Shown here: piece by piece, positions 35,109 through 51,406 of the stretch | Layout: every line of letters begins with the position of its first letter | How positions within the stretch are numbered: position 1 is the first letter of the stretch | Source of the DNA: the human T2T-CHM13v2.0 reference genome, Homo sapiens | Length of the DNA: 64,000 nucleotides | Strand: one strand, 5' to 3' | Assembly (NCBI RefSeq): GCF_009914755.1 | Contig: NC_060930.1 | Position numbers and translations under genes: made by a program | The notes under the pieces: model-generated | What the model was told of the DNA's origin: nothing | Databases searched by the model: none | The model's input: the letters and a program-made list of their open reading frames with translations, nothing else

Positions 35109-35792
35109 ATCAATAGAAGGAAAAGGAACAAAAATTAACAAGTGCCCAATATATAACAGGCATTATTTGGTGCTCTACAACCTATCTCATTTAATTCTTC
35201 AAACGGCTCAGTGGAATTATTAGTATTCTCTCCATTTTACAATTAAGGAAACAAACACGGAAAGGTCAGATAATTTTCCCACAATTGTAAAGGAGGTAAA
35301 GTTTAAGCCTAGGACTATCTGACTCCACCCATTACAGCACTGCTTTCCACAGACTGTAGAATGAATGTACTTAACGTCTTCCTCCAGCCAAGCATTATGG
35401 ACCACAGATGCTCCTTTACTCAACCTCTGAGTATTTGTTTGGGCTCAGGATATGAAAGCCCCAATTATTTTACATGCTACAACTAATATTAGCTGGCTTA
35501 ATTCTGAACTTTTCCCTCTAAACAAACAAATATGTTCTATTCAGACACCGATTAAAACTATTTTGAATGGTTTCAAAAAAAAAAAAAAAAACTTACCAAA
35601 AAGGGGGTGGGGGAATAATAATCCTGATTTATGACAGTTGCAGTTCATATTATTGAAAGCTCACATGCAAGGATTAGTCTATTACTTCATGGAACATAAA
35701 AACATAAAGTACAATAGGGTGAAATTTAGTTTAGGATGACCTAAATAAGTTTATAACAATTTAACTCATAAAGGCACACCATGCTTACATAC

Positions 35793-35860
35793 CTAAAGCT
35801 ATCATGAAAGGAGGATACAGTAGGCAAAGATCCGTTCTGTAGGTATCATTCACTATCCTC
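35793..35860 (-). CDS. CCNC: Cyclin C exon 9 ([22 protein letters not shown])
   Basis: 68 nt, AG/GT. Confidence 0.97.
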
Positions 35861-36500
35861 CTATAGAAATGTAAATCATATTATTACTGAAAGCAGAACT
35901 ACCTCATCTGATTGTATATTTCCTCCAGAGAGGGCCAGATTTCCCATCTTTGCACACATTTATTTCCTTTTATACTACTGAAGCACAGCTATAAAAGTGA
36001 AAACATCAAGGCAAAAGGATGGATACATGAATGTGACAACAAATAAGCACATATCAATGAATAAAATTACAGCTAAATATATTTTAAATTTCAAAATCTC
36101 ATAACAAATTATAAACACATTTTTCTAATTTTTTAAAAATCAGAAAAATCAAATTAAAAAACCAGAAATTATACAGTAAATTTATATGTATGTTGCAGAC
36201 TACCAAAAAGTATTCTGATTACTTTAAAGATAACTTGTCTTAATTTTTATGTTAACAGTCTGTGTTTTGTATAAAATTAAATTTTAATAGGTATATTTAT
36301 GGAACAGATAATTTAGGATTGTTTTCATTTTGGCATTTACACCACTATAGTTATTAAAATTCAACAAGTGGTATTTTGCTCAACATAAAATATCTTGGGG
36401 CAATAGTTTAATGACTTTAAAAATACTTAACTTCATATTTAATTGTCAACCTTCCTATCTAATAACATGTTACACTATTAATAACTTCTGTTCTAATTAC

Positions 36501-36592
36501 CATGCAAGGGGAAGCAACATGTCTTCTTGGCCCATGTCCTGCACATACTGGAGCAAAGGTCTATAAGGATGATACACTATCAAGCAACAATC
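36501..36592 (-). CDS. CCNC: Cyclin C exon 8 (DCCLIVYHPYRPLLQYVQDMGQEDMLLPLAW)
   Basis: 92 nt, AG/GT. Confidence 0.97.
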
Positions 36593-37275
36593 CTAGAAAC
36601 AGTTTAAAAAATGTGTATGTATAAAAAACAGATTTATTACAACACAAAAATGTTATCATTACCCAACTGATTTGTAATTGTGTATTTCAAAGTGAATTTC
36701 ACTAACTCATGCTTGCTTCCCTTTTATTCTCTTAAGCTAGCAGTATGACAGCCCTAAACTCTACCGTAATAGTGAAGGCAGTGCTCTCTCTGGAATATAC
36801 CTTGATAAATCGGTTGGCAGTCAGTCAGCATCCATTCATTCCCTTAGAGACTCAAAGTGTCACATCTGCAACACACTGAAACCTCTTATTAGCCTATAAA
36901 TTCATAATTCCCAACTGGAGGAGCAGAATTCTGCCAAAGACATAATCTATCTTTAAATAACACTGCACGCACACACAAATTGTGCACATAATTTATGGTG
37001 GTTTAATGTCCTGACTTGTCTGTTTGTAATCCTTTCATTATAGTTACTTACTATAGAACAGAAAAATTTTCCCATCCTAAGTAGGATATACAAATTATTT
37101 TACAGGCTTCAGAGAGACTCTAGGTGCTAATATAAATAGGCTACCATGATTTCACCATCACATATTAGGTGGATGGTTTTAAAATGTACCTCTCTAAAAT
37201 CATTTCTTTAAATAATTTCCAACTTCATTTAATTTAAAAATGTTTTAATCTATTAATCACAGAAGATTTACTTAC

Positions 37276-37311
37276 CATTAGTTCTAACAGATAGAATTCA
37301 CATTCTAATAT
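37276..37311 (-). CDS. CCNC: Cyclin C exon 7 (ILECEFYLLELM)
   Basis: 36 nt, AG/GT. Confidence 0.97.
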
Positions 37312-38122
37312 CTGTTTAAAACAAAGATTATCAATGAAATGTCAATATGAAACCAAATTAGATAAGTCCACTTAATCTAACATAAATTACAGACATTATA
37401 GTAATTTATCAAAAATTTTTACTAAAAAGTTTTAAAAATCCAGACAATAAACATAGTTTATATTAAAATAAATATCTGCAATAAAAAATTACTATTAGAA
37501 ATGCAATTATGATTATAAGGATTTTAATCCTTGTAAGGAAAAGCCAGCTTCTCACAATCATTCTTATTACTCACTTTTATTTAAAATATCCTGTAAAACC
37601 ATCAGATTTTCCAGTATACTTTCTACTCAGCAAATGCAAAAATACAATTATTTCTACTTAATTTAAAAAATGTAACTTAAAGAGAATAAACAAATCCCTT
37701 GCAAGGTGGAAAAAGGACATACCTATTAAAATGTCAATAGAAATTCACCTTATATTTCATATTGTTCCATTAGTTTTTAATCCCAGCTAAATAGTAGTAT
37801 CACCTGGGACCTTTTACACAGTACCAATGTTGGGAGCCCCAAGGCTGAAAATTCTGATTTTGTTGTTCTGGAAAGGATCCAACATCAGTATTATTTACAA
37901 GTTCCCAAGGTGATTTAATGAGCAGCCAGGGTTGATAATCGCCACTATGAAGTATTTTTTTTAAATGGTAAAAGCTATTTAGCTTTAATTTAGAATAATG
38001 TCTGTATTTATGTAATATTTGAAACTGCCATTTCTAGGAAACTATTAAATTTAGTCTAATATAAAATAGAGCTAGTTTATATATAGCTTTGATAATTGTT
38101 CCATTTTATATCATATACTTAC

Positions 38123-38178
38123 ATGATTCATCCTATAAGGAAATTCCTTTGGAAAGGCATATGAAAATCTAGTTTTTA
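38123..38178 (-). CDS. CCNC: Cyclin C exon 6 (LKTRFSYAFPKEFPYRMNH)
   Basis: 56 nt, AG/GT. Confidence 0.97.
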
Positions 38179-39043
38179 CTGCAGAAAATAAAAAAAAAAT
38201 TTAAACTGAGAAAATGGGAAATAAATTAACTCAAAATTCCTTTAACAGAGCAGAATATTAGAGGGTAGAGCAAAATTATTTTCAGTAGGAATTCTTGGCA
38301 ACACTTACGGACGCAGATTTTTATTTACTTTCAGGGAAGGGGAAAGACTGGGGGGCAGGACACTCTACACAGCTTCAATTTTATATTTACTACCTTAAGA
38401 AAGGATTCTGATGTTTAAAAAAGAAAAAGATCAGGAAAAAAAAATCACTGGCTTTTATCATTTCTAAAATCTTTTCAGCTACAGAATGGTATTCTTCTGT
38501 TTTCCAGTGACTGAGCTTAGAAGGAACACAGGGGTTACATGTGTGTTTACAATATATACAATTGGTAAAAAATATACATATAAAATATTGGGAGGATAGT
38601 ACACCAAAAAAATGTTAACAGTGGTTATTTGTGAGATTTAAGAACTTTTTACTAATCTGCACTTTCTAAACTTTTTACAATGACCAGGTATTTATCAAAA
38701 TATATATTTTAATAAAAGCATTAATATATATGCAAAGGTCTCGAGTTACTCATAAAGTAGTAGTAGTAACACATAAAGTTAGTACTCTATTATCTATTAC
38801 TTTATTGGTTAGTCACTAAATAAAGTACAAATGAAAAAAAAATGTTAACCATCAATCCCCCATCTCCTTAAAATGGTGTGAGCATATACACGTAAGTACT
38901 ATTTGAGAAACTGTATTCAAGCCATTATGACACATTTAATTCAACCAAGTAACTACTGACAGGTCCTAAAAAATGTTTAGTGTCAGCTTCCATTTGTACA
39001 AAGCCCAAGTGATTTCACTGAAATTAAAAGAAATTCCATTTCT

Positions 39044-39338
<295 letters not shown>

Positions 39339-40029
39339 GAAATTCCATTTCTTCTATGCACTATGTTTTCAAAAAGATTTGTTTTGCAAATTCAGTGCCC
39401 TACAGCTAATTTAGATGTGTAATATCTGCCAGGATTTGAAACCTAGAATAATTTAAACTTGACATTAGTAAATTTATAATCTTTCCTTTCTTCTCTCCTT
39501 TATTTAAATTTAAGACGTACCTATTAAGGTTTCTGAGTTTTACAAATCCTTGTGATGTAAAGTATACCAGCACAACAGGTTCTTATATAATGGTAGACAA
39601 TCAACAAAGTAAAATTATCTCTGTATATAAAACAAATCTACATCCCCATCCCCTGGACCTTGACACCTAACACCTCTATTGAGAATATATTTACCTGATA
39701 CTGTCACATGTCTGTTACTCCATGCTAAAACTGCTCTGCATTTTTTTCTGTCTTTTAATCCTTTTCCTCCAACTTGGAGAAAAATACATCCCTCCTCTCT
39801 ATTGTTTGTCTTACCACTTATACACTTATTATCATCTATTCAATTGATAACTCCTGCTATTTTTTTCATCTTTAACCTTCCTCCTTCAGTAAATCTTCCA
39901 TCACATACTAATATGCTCAAATTTCCCTTGAAAAAAGCAAAACAAACTCTACCTAATTATATTCCTCTGCCTTTTATTTTTGTAGACTCAAACACTGAGA
40001 TCATGCACAGTTCTCTTATACCCACCGTT

Positions 40030-41570
40030 ATTGACTTCCCAGCCTCCAGAACTGTGAGAAATAAATGTCTGTTGTGAAAGCCACCCAGTCTATGGTACTT
40101 TCTTATATTAGCCCAAGTGGACTAAGACATGCCTTCACCCAGCTTCCCCTACTATTAACATCTTACATTAGTATGGCGCATTTGTTACAATTACTGACCC
40201 AATATTGAAATGTTATTATTAACTAAACTGTACTTTTTTCAGATCTCCTTAGTTTGTACCAATGTCCTTTTTCTATCCTAGGGTCTTATCTAGGATACCA
40301 CATTATATTTATTTGTCATGTTTCCTTAGACTGTTTGGCTGTGACAGTTTTCTAGCCTTTCCTTGTTTTTGATGACTTTGACAGTTTTTAGGAGTACCAG
40401 TCAAGTATTTTGTCAAATGCCCCTCTACTGGAATTTGTCTGATGTTTTTCTCATTAGACTAGAGAAAATGGGTTTTTGACAGGAAGACCACCGAGATAAA
40501 GTACCATCTTCATCATATCACATCAATGATACATGATATTAATGTGATTTATCACTGTTGCTACTGACCTTGATCGCCTGGCTAAGGCAGTATTTCTCAG
40601 GTTTCCCCACTGTAAAGTTACCTTTTTCCTCCCTTTCCATATGTACACACTAGCAGGAAGTTAACATGTATAGCCAGCACCTTAGGAGTGGGGAGTTATG
40701 CTCCCTCTACTTGAGGGCAGAATAGTTACATATATTATTTGGAATTCTTCAGCATGGAAGACATGTCTCTTCTCCCTCATTTATTTATATCAGTATGGAC
40801 TCATGGATATTTAGTTTATACTTTGAGTTATTATCCAATGCTATTTTTAAAATTTTGATGCTCAAATTCTTTCAGCTTTGGTCAGTGGGAGCTCTCTTAG
40901 TTAGCTCCTATATCCTTTTGACATATCCTCATCAATAGACGTTTTTGTTTTTCTTGTTTGTTTTGAATACTTCTTTATTACTGGCATTAAGAGATGGTCC
41001 AGGTCCATCTTGTGTATTTCTTGCCCCAGTCCTAGAATCAACCATTTCTCCAAGGAGCCCTGGTACCTTTTATTGGAGAATGATATTAGAAACCAAGATA
41101 TGGGTACTAGGTGAGCTCATTGCTACTGGGATGTCATTGCTTATAGACCCTTTCAGCTGAGAAAGCCAAGAAATACACACACTAACCCATGTATATACAC
41201 TTATCTATAAATATTTCTATATGTAACTAACCATCTATATTGTATTAAGGTACACGAGTTCATGCTGTTTCCAGCCCTTTGCTTATCTGTAAATTCCCGC
41301 TCCAACAACGAGAAACCCGGCTCTCAAACATTTGCTATTGATTTACGTAATTGTTTAATTCCCATATACATGTATAGCATTATCAGAATTGTTAACTTGT
41401 ACACCCATGGGTAATAACTTTATCAACTAGAGTACAGTGCTTATGTGTAGTTCCTTTTGCCTTTACTCTTACACTCTTAATCATTTCCAAAGCTACTTAT
41501 GTCAACACCTTTCCCCCAATTCCCTTCACTGAAGTTGTTTCATATATTTTTAATATAGTTAGACTATTCC
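40030..41570. mobile_element. MLT1A-like LTR end (40030-40130) followed by L1MC-like 3' region (minus)
   Basis: gacttcccagcctccagaactgtgagaaataaat; then ttaacatcttacattagtatgg...gagccctggtaccttttattggagaatg. Confidence 0.65.
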
Positions 41571-41717
41571 TTTCTCAGCACCTACTTGCTTCTTAATTCC
41601 TTGCAATCTGGCTTCTACCTCCACCCCCACATTGTTAATGACACTATGTTCTCTCTCAAAGATGTTTTTTTCTTTGGTTCACATCTTTTTCTATGCAGCA
41701 TAAGACATTGTGCAACT

Positions 41718-42021
41718 CTTTTTTTTTTAATTTTTAGGGACAGAGTCTTACTCCATTGCCCAGGCTGGAGTGCAGTGGCATAATCACAGTTTACTGCAAC
41801 CTTGAACTCCTGGGTGTGGCAACCCTCCCACTTCAGCCTAGTTGAGTAGCTAGGACTACAGGTGTGTGCCACCATGCCCAGTTAGTTTTTCTTTAATTTT
41901 TTGCAGAGCTGGAATCTTGCTATGTTGTCCAGGCTGGTCTTGAACTCCTGTTCTAAAGCAATCCTCCTGCTCCAGCCTCCCAAAGTGTTCGGATTATAAG
42001 CAGGAACCACCATACCTGGCC
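41718..42021 (-). mobile_element. Alu (AluJ-like)
   Basis: TSD tgtgcaactctt. Confidence 0.85.
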
Positions 42022-42749
42022 TGTGCAACTCTTAAATGTTATCAAATTCCAAATTTCTACTGCTGGCCTCACATTTTTAAGAGGATGTTCTACTAACATA
42101 TTTATACTTAGAATGTCAAAGATTAAATTTAATTCTTTTCAGAACTCACTTATTCTCTTTTTCAGTACCAGCTTCAGCTCCCCAACCCCCAGGCAAAAAA
42201 ACCTCAAAACACATTTCTGACTCTTCTTAAATCCCTTCTTTTTATAAGAACTGCTGACTCTATCGCTCAAATCTGGCTTGTTTGTTCTTGCTGGCTGCCA
42301 ATATTCGTTTAAGCCTTCATTAGTGTTCACTGGGATGACTTCAGCAACTTAAAAATTATTTTTTCCACTTTAAACTTGTTAGGTTTTATTTCTCATAGCA
42401 CCCTGTGGTAAGTGACAGCACTCAATACAGTTTGCAGTTTTACTGTATTTCAGAAGGTTTTTGTTTTTAAATTGTGTTAAGATATATAAAATTTTTGCAA
42501 AACTGAAACTCTGTATCCATTAATCACTCCCTATACCACCCTTCCTCCAGCCCTACCATTCTACTTTCTATCTTTATTAATTTGACTAAGTATTCCATGT
42601 AAGTGTAATCACACAATATTTGTCTTTGTTACTGGCTTATTTCACTTACCATAATGTCCTCAAGGTTCATCCATGTTGTGGGATGTAAATAACTTCAAAA
42701 TTTGTCTAATTCTACCTGCCCTCTCCTCCAATTCATCTTACATAATTCT

Positions 42750-43244
<495 letters not shown>

Positions 43245-43681
43245 TCATTTAGCATCGAAGGCCCTCTATTAGCTGAAATTAGGTAAGGAGTTTTCCCCAC
43301 TATTTCCTTACTCACCATTCAGTTAATCTAACTCATGAGCTTTCCCTATTTGACTAAACTATTCAGTGTTCTTAGACTGTCTATCTCTTGCATTTCCCCA
43401 GTTCAACTTCCTTCACCAAGTTCTACTTAATCCTTTCTGGATTCATGAAACAATCTTTTCCCACCCAAAACATTCACAGCATTCTCTGTAACTCTCTTAT
43501 ACTATTTATTTCCTTCTGTATTAATATTTTTATGTTTCTGTCTTCTTTTTTTGTCCTTAAATTCCTTGTATTTTACCTTGGTACCAATGCCACTGCATTG
43601 GCACAGTGTTTTCCAGTGATAATGATGTTGTTGTCATTGAAGATGATGATGATGATGATAGCCCCTAAAGTTTACCAAGTA

Positions 43682-44330
43682 TTGTGGACCAATATATGTC
43701 CCCCTCCAAAATTCGTATGTTGAAGCCCTAACTCCTAGTACCTCAGAATGTGACTGTATTTGGAGAGAGGGTCTTTAAAGGGATAAGATTAAATGAGGAC
43801 AGGCCAGACATGGTGGCTCACACCTATAATCCCAGCACGTTGGGAGGCCGAGGCTAGCGGATCACGAGATCAGGAGTTTGAGACTAGTCTGGCCAACATG
43901 GTGAAACCCCGTCTCTACTAAAAAATACAAAAATGAGCTGGGCATGGTGGCACATGCCTGTAGTCCCAGGTACTCAGGAGGCTGAGGCAGGAGAATCACT
44001 TGAACCCAGGAGGCGGAAGTTGAAGTGAGCACTCCAGCCTGGGCGACAGAGCGAGACTCTGTCTCAAAAAAAAAAAAAAAAAAGAAAGAAAAAAAAAAAA
44101 GATTAAATGAGGACATAAGAGTGGGGCCTAATTCTGTAAGACTATTGTCCTCACATGAAGAAGACAGCAAACCAGGAGTGTGTGTGCTCACAGAAAGGTC
44201 CATGTAAGAATAGCCAGACACCTTGATCTTGGATTTCCATGCTCTAAAACTGTGAGAAAATACGCTTCTGTTGTTTAAGCCACCTGTTCTGTGGCATTTT
44301 GTTATGGCAGCCTCAGCAAAGTAACATACT
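43682..44330 (+). mobile_element. MLT1A-like LTR interrupted by an Alu (43802-44100)
   Basis: LTR consensus motifs; Alu TSD aagattaaatgaggaca. Confidence 0.8.
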
Positions 44331-44773
44331 AAGCAAGGCACTGTTCTAAAAGCTTATATTAACTCATTTGGTCCTCATAACAACCCAACAACACAGGAAC
44401 GGGTTTGCACATAGATATTAATATCTACCCATAAGAATGACATAATAGTCATTAGAAAACAATAAAATACAATAAAATTCGGAAACAGAATTTTTTCTTT
44501 ACTCTTACAAGATTAAAAGCCACTGAGTTGATGTTTTTGGATTGATAATTACTATCCATTTTAACATTAAAAGTAATATCTTTATATCTTTTTAAAAAAA
44601 AACCTTTTAGCTTGATTTTTTTGCCAGATACACTAGATATAAAGGTATCCTCAGGAAATTTAATAAAGCCAACCAATCTCATATGTCTCATAAACTAAAA
44701 AAAAAAAAATCTATGTACTCTGGAGCTTTCTTTAGAATTACATCCTTAAAGCAGATATACTTTTTGCACTTAC

Positions 44774-44825
44774 ATACAGAAGTAGCAGCAGCAATCAATC
44801 TTGTATTTGAAACTACTCCAAATTC
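44774..44825 (-). CDS. CCNC: Cyclin C exon 5 (EFGVVSNTRLIAAATSV)
   Basis: 52 nt, AG/GT. Confidence 0.97.
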
Positions 44826-44970
44826 CTAAAGAAAGAAAAGCAGGTACATGTTAACCCAATGAATCTAAGGGTATCTGAACTCTATTCAAAACAGGATTTC
44901 CTTGCTCCTGTTTACAATCTGTTCACCTTCTAACTACTTGAGGTGTGAAGTACTTACACTCCTAAATGTA

Positions 44971-45178
44971 CAGGCTGATTACCCCTTATCTGACATGCTT
45001 AGGATCAGAGATTTTTCTGATTTAGGAATATTTTGCATTACACTGGTTGAGCATCCCTAATCTAAAAATCTGAAATGCAAAATGTTCCAATGAGCATTCC
45101 TTTGAATGTCATGTTGGCCCTCAAAACGTTTCAAATTTTGGAGCATTTAGGATTTTCAGATTACGGATATTCTGCCTG
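44971..45178. mobile_element. Tigger4a/MER46A-like DNA transposon
   Basis: TA-cagg...cctg-TA ends; internal ggttgagcatccctaatc. Confidence 0.75.
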
Positions 45179-45965
45179 TATTACCTCTCCCCCAAATTGC
45201 TACAACTTAAGACATATTTTAAAATAATTTTATAATTTAATAACAATAAAAGGTACCAAATTAGAAACCAAGCCTTAAGGTTACAGTGTCAGTTTTTCCA
45301 TTTAAATTAGTTTCCAAGAAGATTGTTTACATTCTATACTTAATTGCAAGAATATTAAGTATGTTTCCTATTCAATTCAACCTGTATTAACAGATACTTC
45401 ATGCCATTCTATGGTAAAACAGTCGAATTTGTGAATAAGATAAACCTTAATTAATCACCAAAAGAACTAAAAAAAAAAAAAAACCATATAAATAGTTACT
45501 ATCCTTTTTAGAACAGGGAGACAGGAATTACGTAAGACTTCCAAAGTCAGTTCCCATTTCCTCTTTCAACTGAACAACCACCATTGTGAAAATACTAAAA
45601 TTTATTATGATCCACCTTATATATACTGTTTCATTTATTGCCTCGTAAGATTTCTAAAGCCTTCACTTCATTTTAAAATAAAAAAATCAAGAGTTGGTTT
45701 CTTATCCAACAAAAGGAGCTAAACTAAAAATCTATTTAAATACCTTCAGCCTACATCCTTATCCTGTGTAGGGGAAATGTATGTGTACTAATATATTTGT
45801 TTTACATTTAAACCTCCAACTATAATAACTGAAAAGAAAAAGTAAAAGCCTGAGACATGTTCTTAAATGAGCTTTCCATACAATTTCCATAAAACTAGAG
45901 AAAATACAGAAAGATTTGGTCACAGAGATAAAAAAAAAAAATAATAATGCTACGACCAAATCTGA

Positions 45966-46295
<330 letters not shown>

Positions 46296-47642
46296 TAGGA
46301 ATAATTCTTTATCCAAAACTCAAAGGGAAAACTTTCATTCAGTAAATCACATCACAGAGTTCTACTCAGTAAATCACATAACAATATTTAACAAGTAAGA
46401 TAGATTAAAATCCTCAAATTAATCTACAAGATTAAATGTTTATAAAGATTTTTTGTCTTGGTCCTCCATACTGCCTGTGCTTAAGAGATTTTAAATTATT
46501 ACATGGTAATATTTAAATAAAATCAAATATTACACAGAATTATTAGAATTAGAAAACTCAATCCATAATAAGGACCTTAACTGATTCTGCCTTCTTAAAC
46601 TACCACTCACAATTAGAAAACATAAACTTCTAGAAAGCTTGTCTTAATATTATTTCTAACAGAGTCAATTGTCATTATTTAGGTAATAGTTGGGAAAGAT
46701 GTCATGGATAACCTTAAATCATGGCTAAAACAAAACTAAATCAAAGTGGGTGCCAAAAGGAATGTAAACTTACTAGGTAAAAATCACATTCAATATTCAA
46801 GAATACAACTCTAAGAATACAACTCTAAGACATTATCCAAAAATAGAAACATAATGCAAAGATTTCACACCACCAAAGACTACATTATTTATGAAAAACA
46901 GCCAATATCTGCTATTATTTTCTGGACTTTAGCTGAGCTCTTTCAAAAATACTACAAAGGTAAAACAGTTGAACAGAAATTCAGTCTCTGCCGCAAGTTC
47001 CTATCTATCTTCTCTCCCTTACCTAATTTCTCTACGCTCACAACCTCAACTTTTACTTGTTAGACTCTATATAGCTATAGCTTCCCCTAATCCTTGCCTT
47101 CCTTCTGGCTTGGTAGGCAGCCAATCATCAGGATGATGGGAGGGAAGACAGGAGAAGATAAGCATATGGGTGAGAAGCATAAGGGACATTCTCAGGTTAT
47201 GGTAGGCAAGCTGTGGTACTTACTGAATACTACTCAGTGCCAAACAATAGATGTCTCAAAGGCAGCAGAGGAAAGTAGTTAAGAACACAGGATTGGTAAC
47301 GAGACTCCCATGGTTCAAACACGGGCTCTCACACTTACTAGCTATATCATCTTAAGCAAGTTCTTCATCTCTGTCTCAGTTTCCTCATTTATAAAATGGG
47401 AATACTACTACTATGTATTCCAGTTTGTTACAAAGATTAAGTCAGTTGGTACACAGTAAGTGCTGTATGTGTCTGTTAAGTGAATATATAAGGATATGTA
47501 TATATTTCTTTGATTTTGTACAATTTTAGTATTTTGCATAAATTACCATTTATTAATTTTACATAGGCCATGTGAAAACTGGGGCAGATTAACCAACATA
47601 CATTGACTACACTTTGATGAAGAACAGAAAATTGTTTTATAC

Positions 47643-47712
47643 CTCTACTTTGGATGCCAAAAACACACATGTAGGAGCCATTAATACAGGATCTATACTT
47701 TTCAGAGAATAC
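47643..47712 (-). CDS. CCNC: Cyclin C exon 4 (YSLKSIDPVLMAPTCVFLASKVE)
   Basis: 70 nt, AG/GT; cyclin box. Confidence 0.97.
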
Positions 47713-47872
47713 CTAAAATATGATAAAACAAAGTTAAATATCATTCATACAGAAAACACACTGGGAAAAAAATCAAGATAACTCTATGGTAGACACATGA
47801 TTCATTTACACTGTGCTAAGGTTCATCAACATTAGATAAGAGTTCAAATAAATAAAATAAAAACAATCCTAC

Positions 47873-47957
47873 CTGGCATAGAATCTCTTGAAATATACCG
47901 TAGCAGTGGCAATAACTTGTTGTCTTAATTTAAGATGTTCACCTAATGCTTGGATAA
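47873..47957 (-). CDS. CCNC: Cyclin C exon 3 (VIQALGEHLKLRQQVIATATVYFKRFYAR)
   Basis: 85 nt, AG/GT; cyclin box. Confidence 0.97.
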
Positions 47958-48338
47958 CTAAAAGGCAAATAATGAAATTTTAAATGTATCTTCTGGTATC
48001 ATTATAATATTAACATTGAACAGTAACTTCCATGTGGTTAAATCATAATTATGTTCATTTTTAACAAAGGAAAAAACCTACACATGCTCTATGTGAGTCA
48101 CAGTGGTCTAATTCTAGGATTTGCAAATGTGTTAAGAAATATATAGGTATGCATAAACAACAACAAAACAACAACAAAACAGAAATTGCCCCACAGGAAA
48201 AAATTATTCATCCATTAAGGAAGTTGAATAAATATTTCCCCTCTATCTTCTAAATATTTTTAATGCTTTTCATAGTATCTTTATAATAAATATAAAAAGA
48301 AAATATTAGACACCTATGAAACTTGTTAATACTACCAC

Positions 48339-48600
48339 TTTTTTTGTTGTTTTGAGACAGAGTCTCGTTCTGTCGCCCAGGCTGGAATGCAGTAGCACGA
48401 TCTTGGCTCACTGTAATCTCCACCTCCCAGGTTCAAGTGATTCTTGTGCCTCACCACGCCCAGCTAATTTTTGTATTTTTAGTAGAGAGGGAATTTCACC
48501 ATGTTGGCCAGGCTCATCTCAAATTCCTGGCCTCAAGTGATCTGCCCACCTCTGCCTCCCAAAGTCCTAAGATTACAGGTGTGAGCCACCACACTTAGCT
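48339..48600 (-). mobile_element. Alu with internal deletion
   Basis: Alu consensus. Confidence 0.85.
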
Positions 48601-49116
48601 TTATACAGCTCACCAAAATAAATAAATAATACATAAAAATCCATAATGAATCCTCAAAAAAAAGATAAGTTTACAAAATAGTGAACCGAAAGTTAAAAAA
48701 ATTATGTGACAAACCTACTACATGTCAGAGTAAAGATCTATCCCTACATCTTCTTCCCTTCAAAGCAAAGTTCTAAGAGAAACGACCACTATAGGATGTC
48801 AATCCAAAGAATCATTTATCCTCAAAGTACTTTGCTTTAGCCAACCTTGAACTGGGTCTAATAATTATTATAAAGTCTTAGGGAGATTAGGTAACACTTT
48901 CAAATTGTCTTGAGTGCCTGTGATATGTAAAATTCACACAAAAAAACTTTATTTGGATCACTAAAAAGAAAGATAAATGAATATGTTGTAAAAAGAATAC
49001 CTGTATAAGCAAAAATGTTAGGTATGCACTAAAACAGTTCACAAATTACCACAAAAAACATTTTTATTCAGAGGTAACCAACTATACAATTTGAACCAAT
49101 TTTTAAAAAAGTTTAC

Positions 49117-49223
49117 CATTTGTAAAAAATATTTGTAACTTCCAATATTCTTCCTCTGAGAGAAACTTTAAATCCTTTTGGCGCTCCTTCAACAGATCTT
49201 GTTTATCCAAAATCCATTGCAAA
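49117..49223 (-). CDS. CCNC: Cyclin C exon 2 (YLQWILDKQDLLKERQKDLKFLSEEEYWKLQIFFTN)
   Basis: 107 nt, AG/GT. Confidence 0.97.
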
Positions 49224-49930
49224 CTAGAAAAGACATGTTACAGAAAATCAACAAGCAAGGTCAGAGGAAACACTCTAAGATTGAACACATTGTTCATATT
49301 CTGAGAAGTACAAAGTGCAAAAAGTAACCTTAAAGACAATTATTTCTCACATTTCTTGAAACGTGACTAATAAGAATTATCTCACTAATAAATGTAAATA
49401 CGTCCTGAAAAAATTCTGCTCTAATCTTTTCCTTCTTCCTCCTTAGTCTGTTACTAGCTTGTATTTCATTGATTCTGGCTCTGATATCAAGATATGTCTT
49501 ACAATCTGTGATGCCTTCGTGTTTTAATTGGCAGCATGTTTATTCTTTCTTAGTGATATAAGATAATGGTGGAATTATTTGGCACCAATTGATGGTGGCT
49601 TAGATTTGAGGAAGTATATAGTTTTCCAGCTGTTCATGGGTAACTATGGCATTTAATTTCCTTACTTCACAAATCTAATTATATTAAAAACTGCCTCAGA
49701 ATGTGTTACACTGATAGCCTCCTCCTCTTGCCTAGTCAAGTGTGCTATTTTTAACCAGATATGAAATTGACATGACTCAAAGAAAAAACTATCTTGAACC
49801 TGTGTTTGTCATTCAATATGTATTTGAAGTCTTATGTCAATGAACTTGTTATTCAGCATTCTTTTATACAGCTTTATGGATGGATCATTATTTAGCCAAT
49901 CTCTACTGATGGAAATACAGGTCGTCATTT

Positions 49931-51406
<1,476 letters not shown>

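Noticed and set aside
36801-36893. Possible cryptic exon in CCNC intron 7 (tttatag...AAG|gtatat, with an in-frame stop)
   Set aside because: Poor pyrimidine tract and weak donor; cannot be supported without RNA data.
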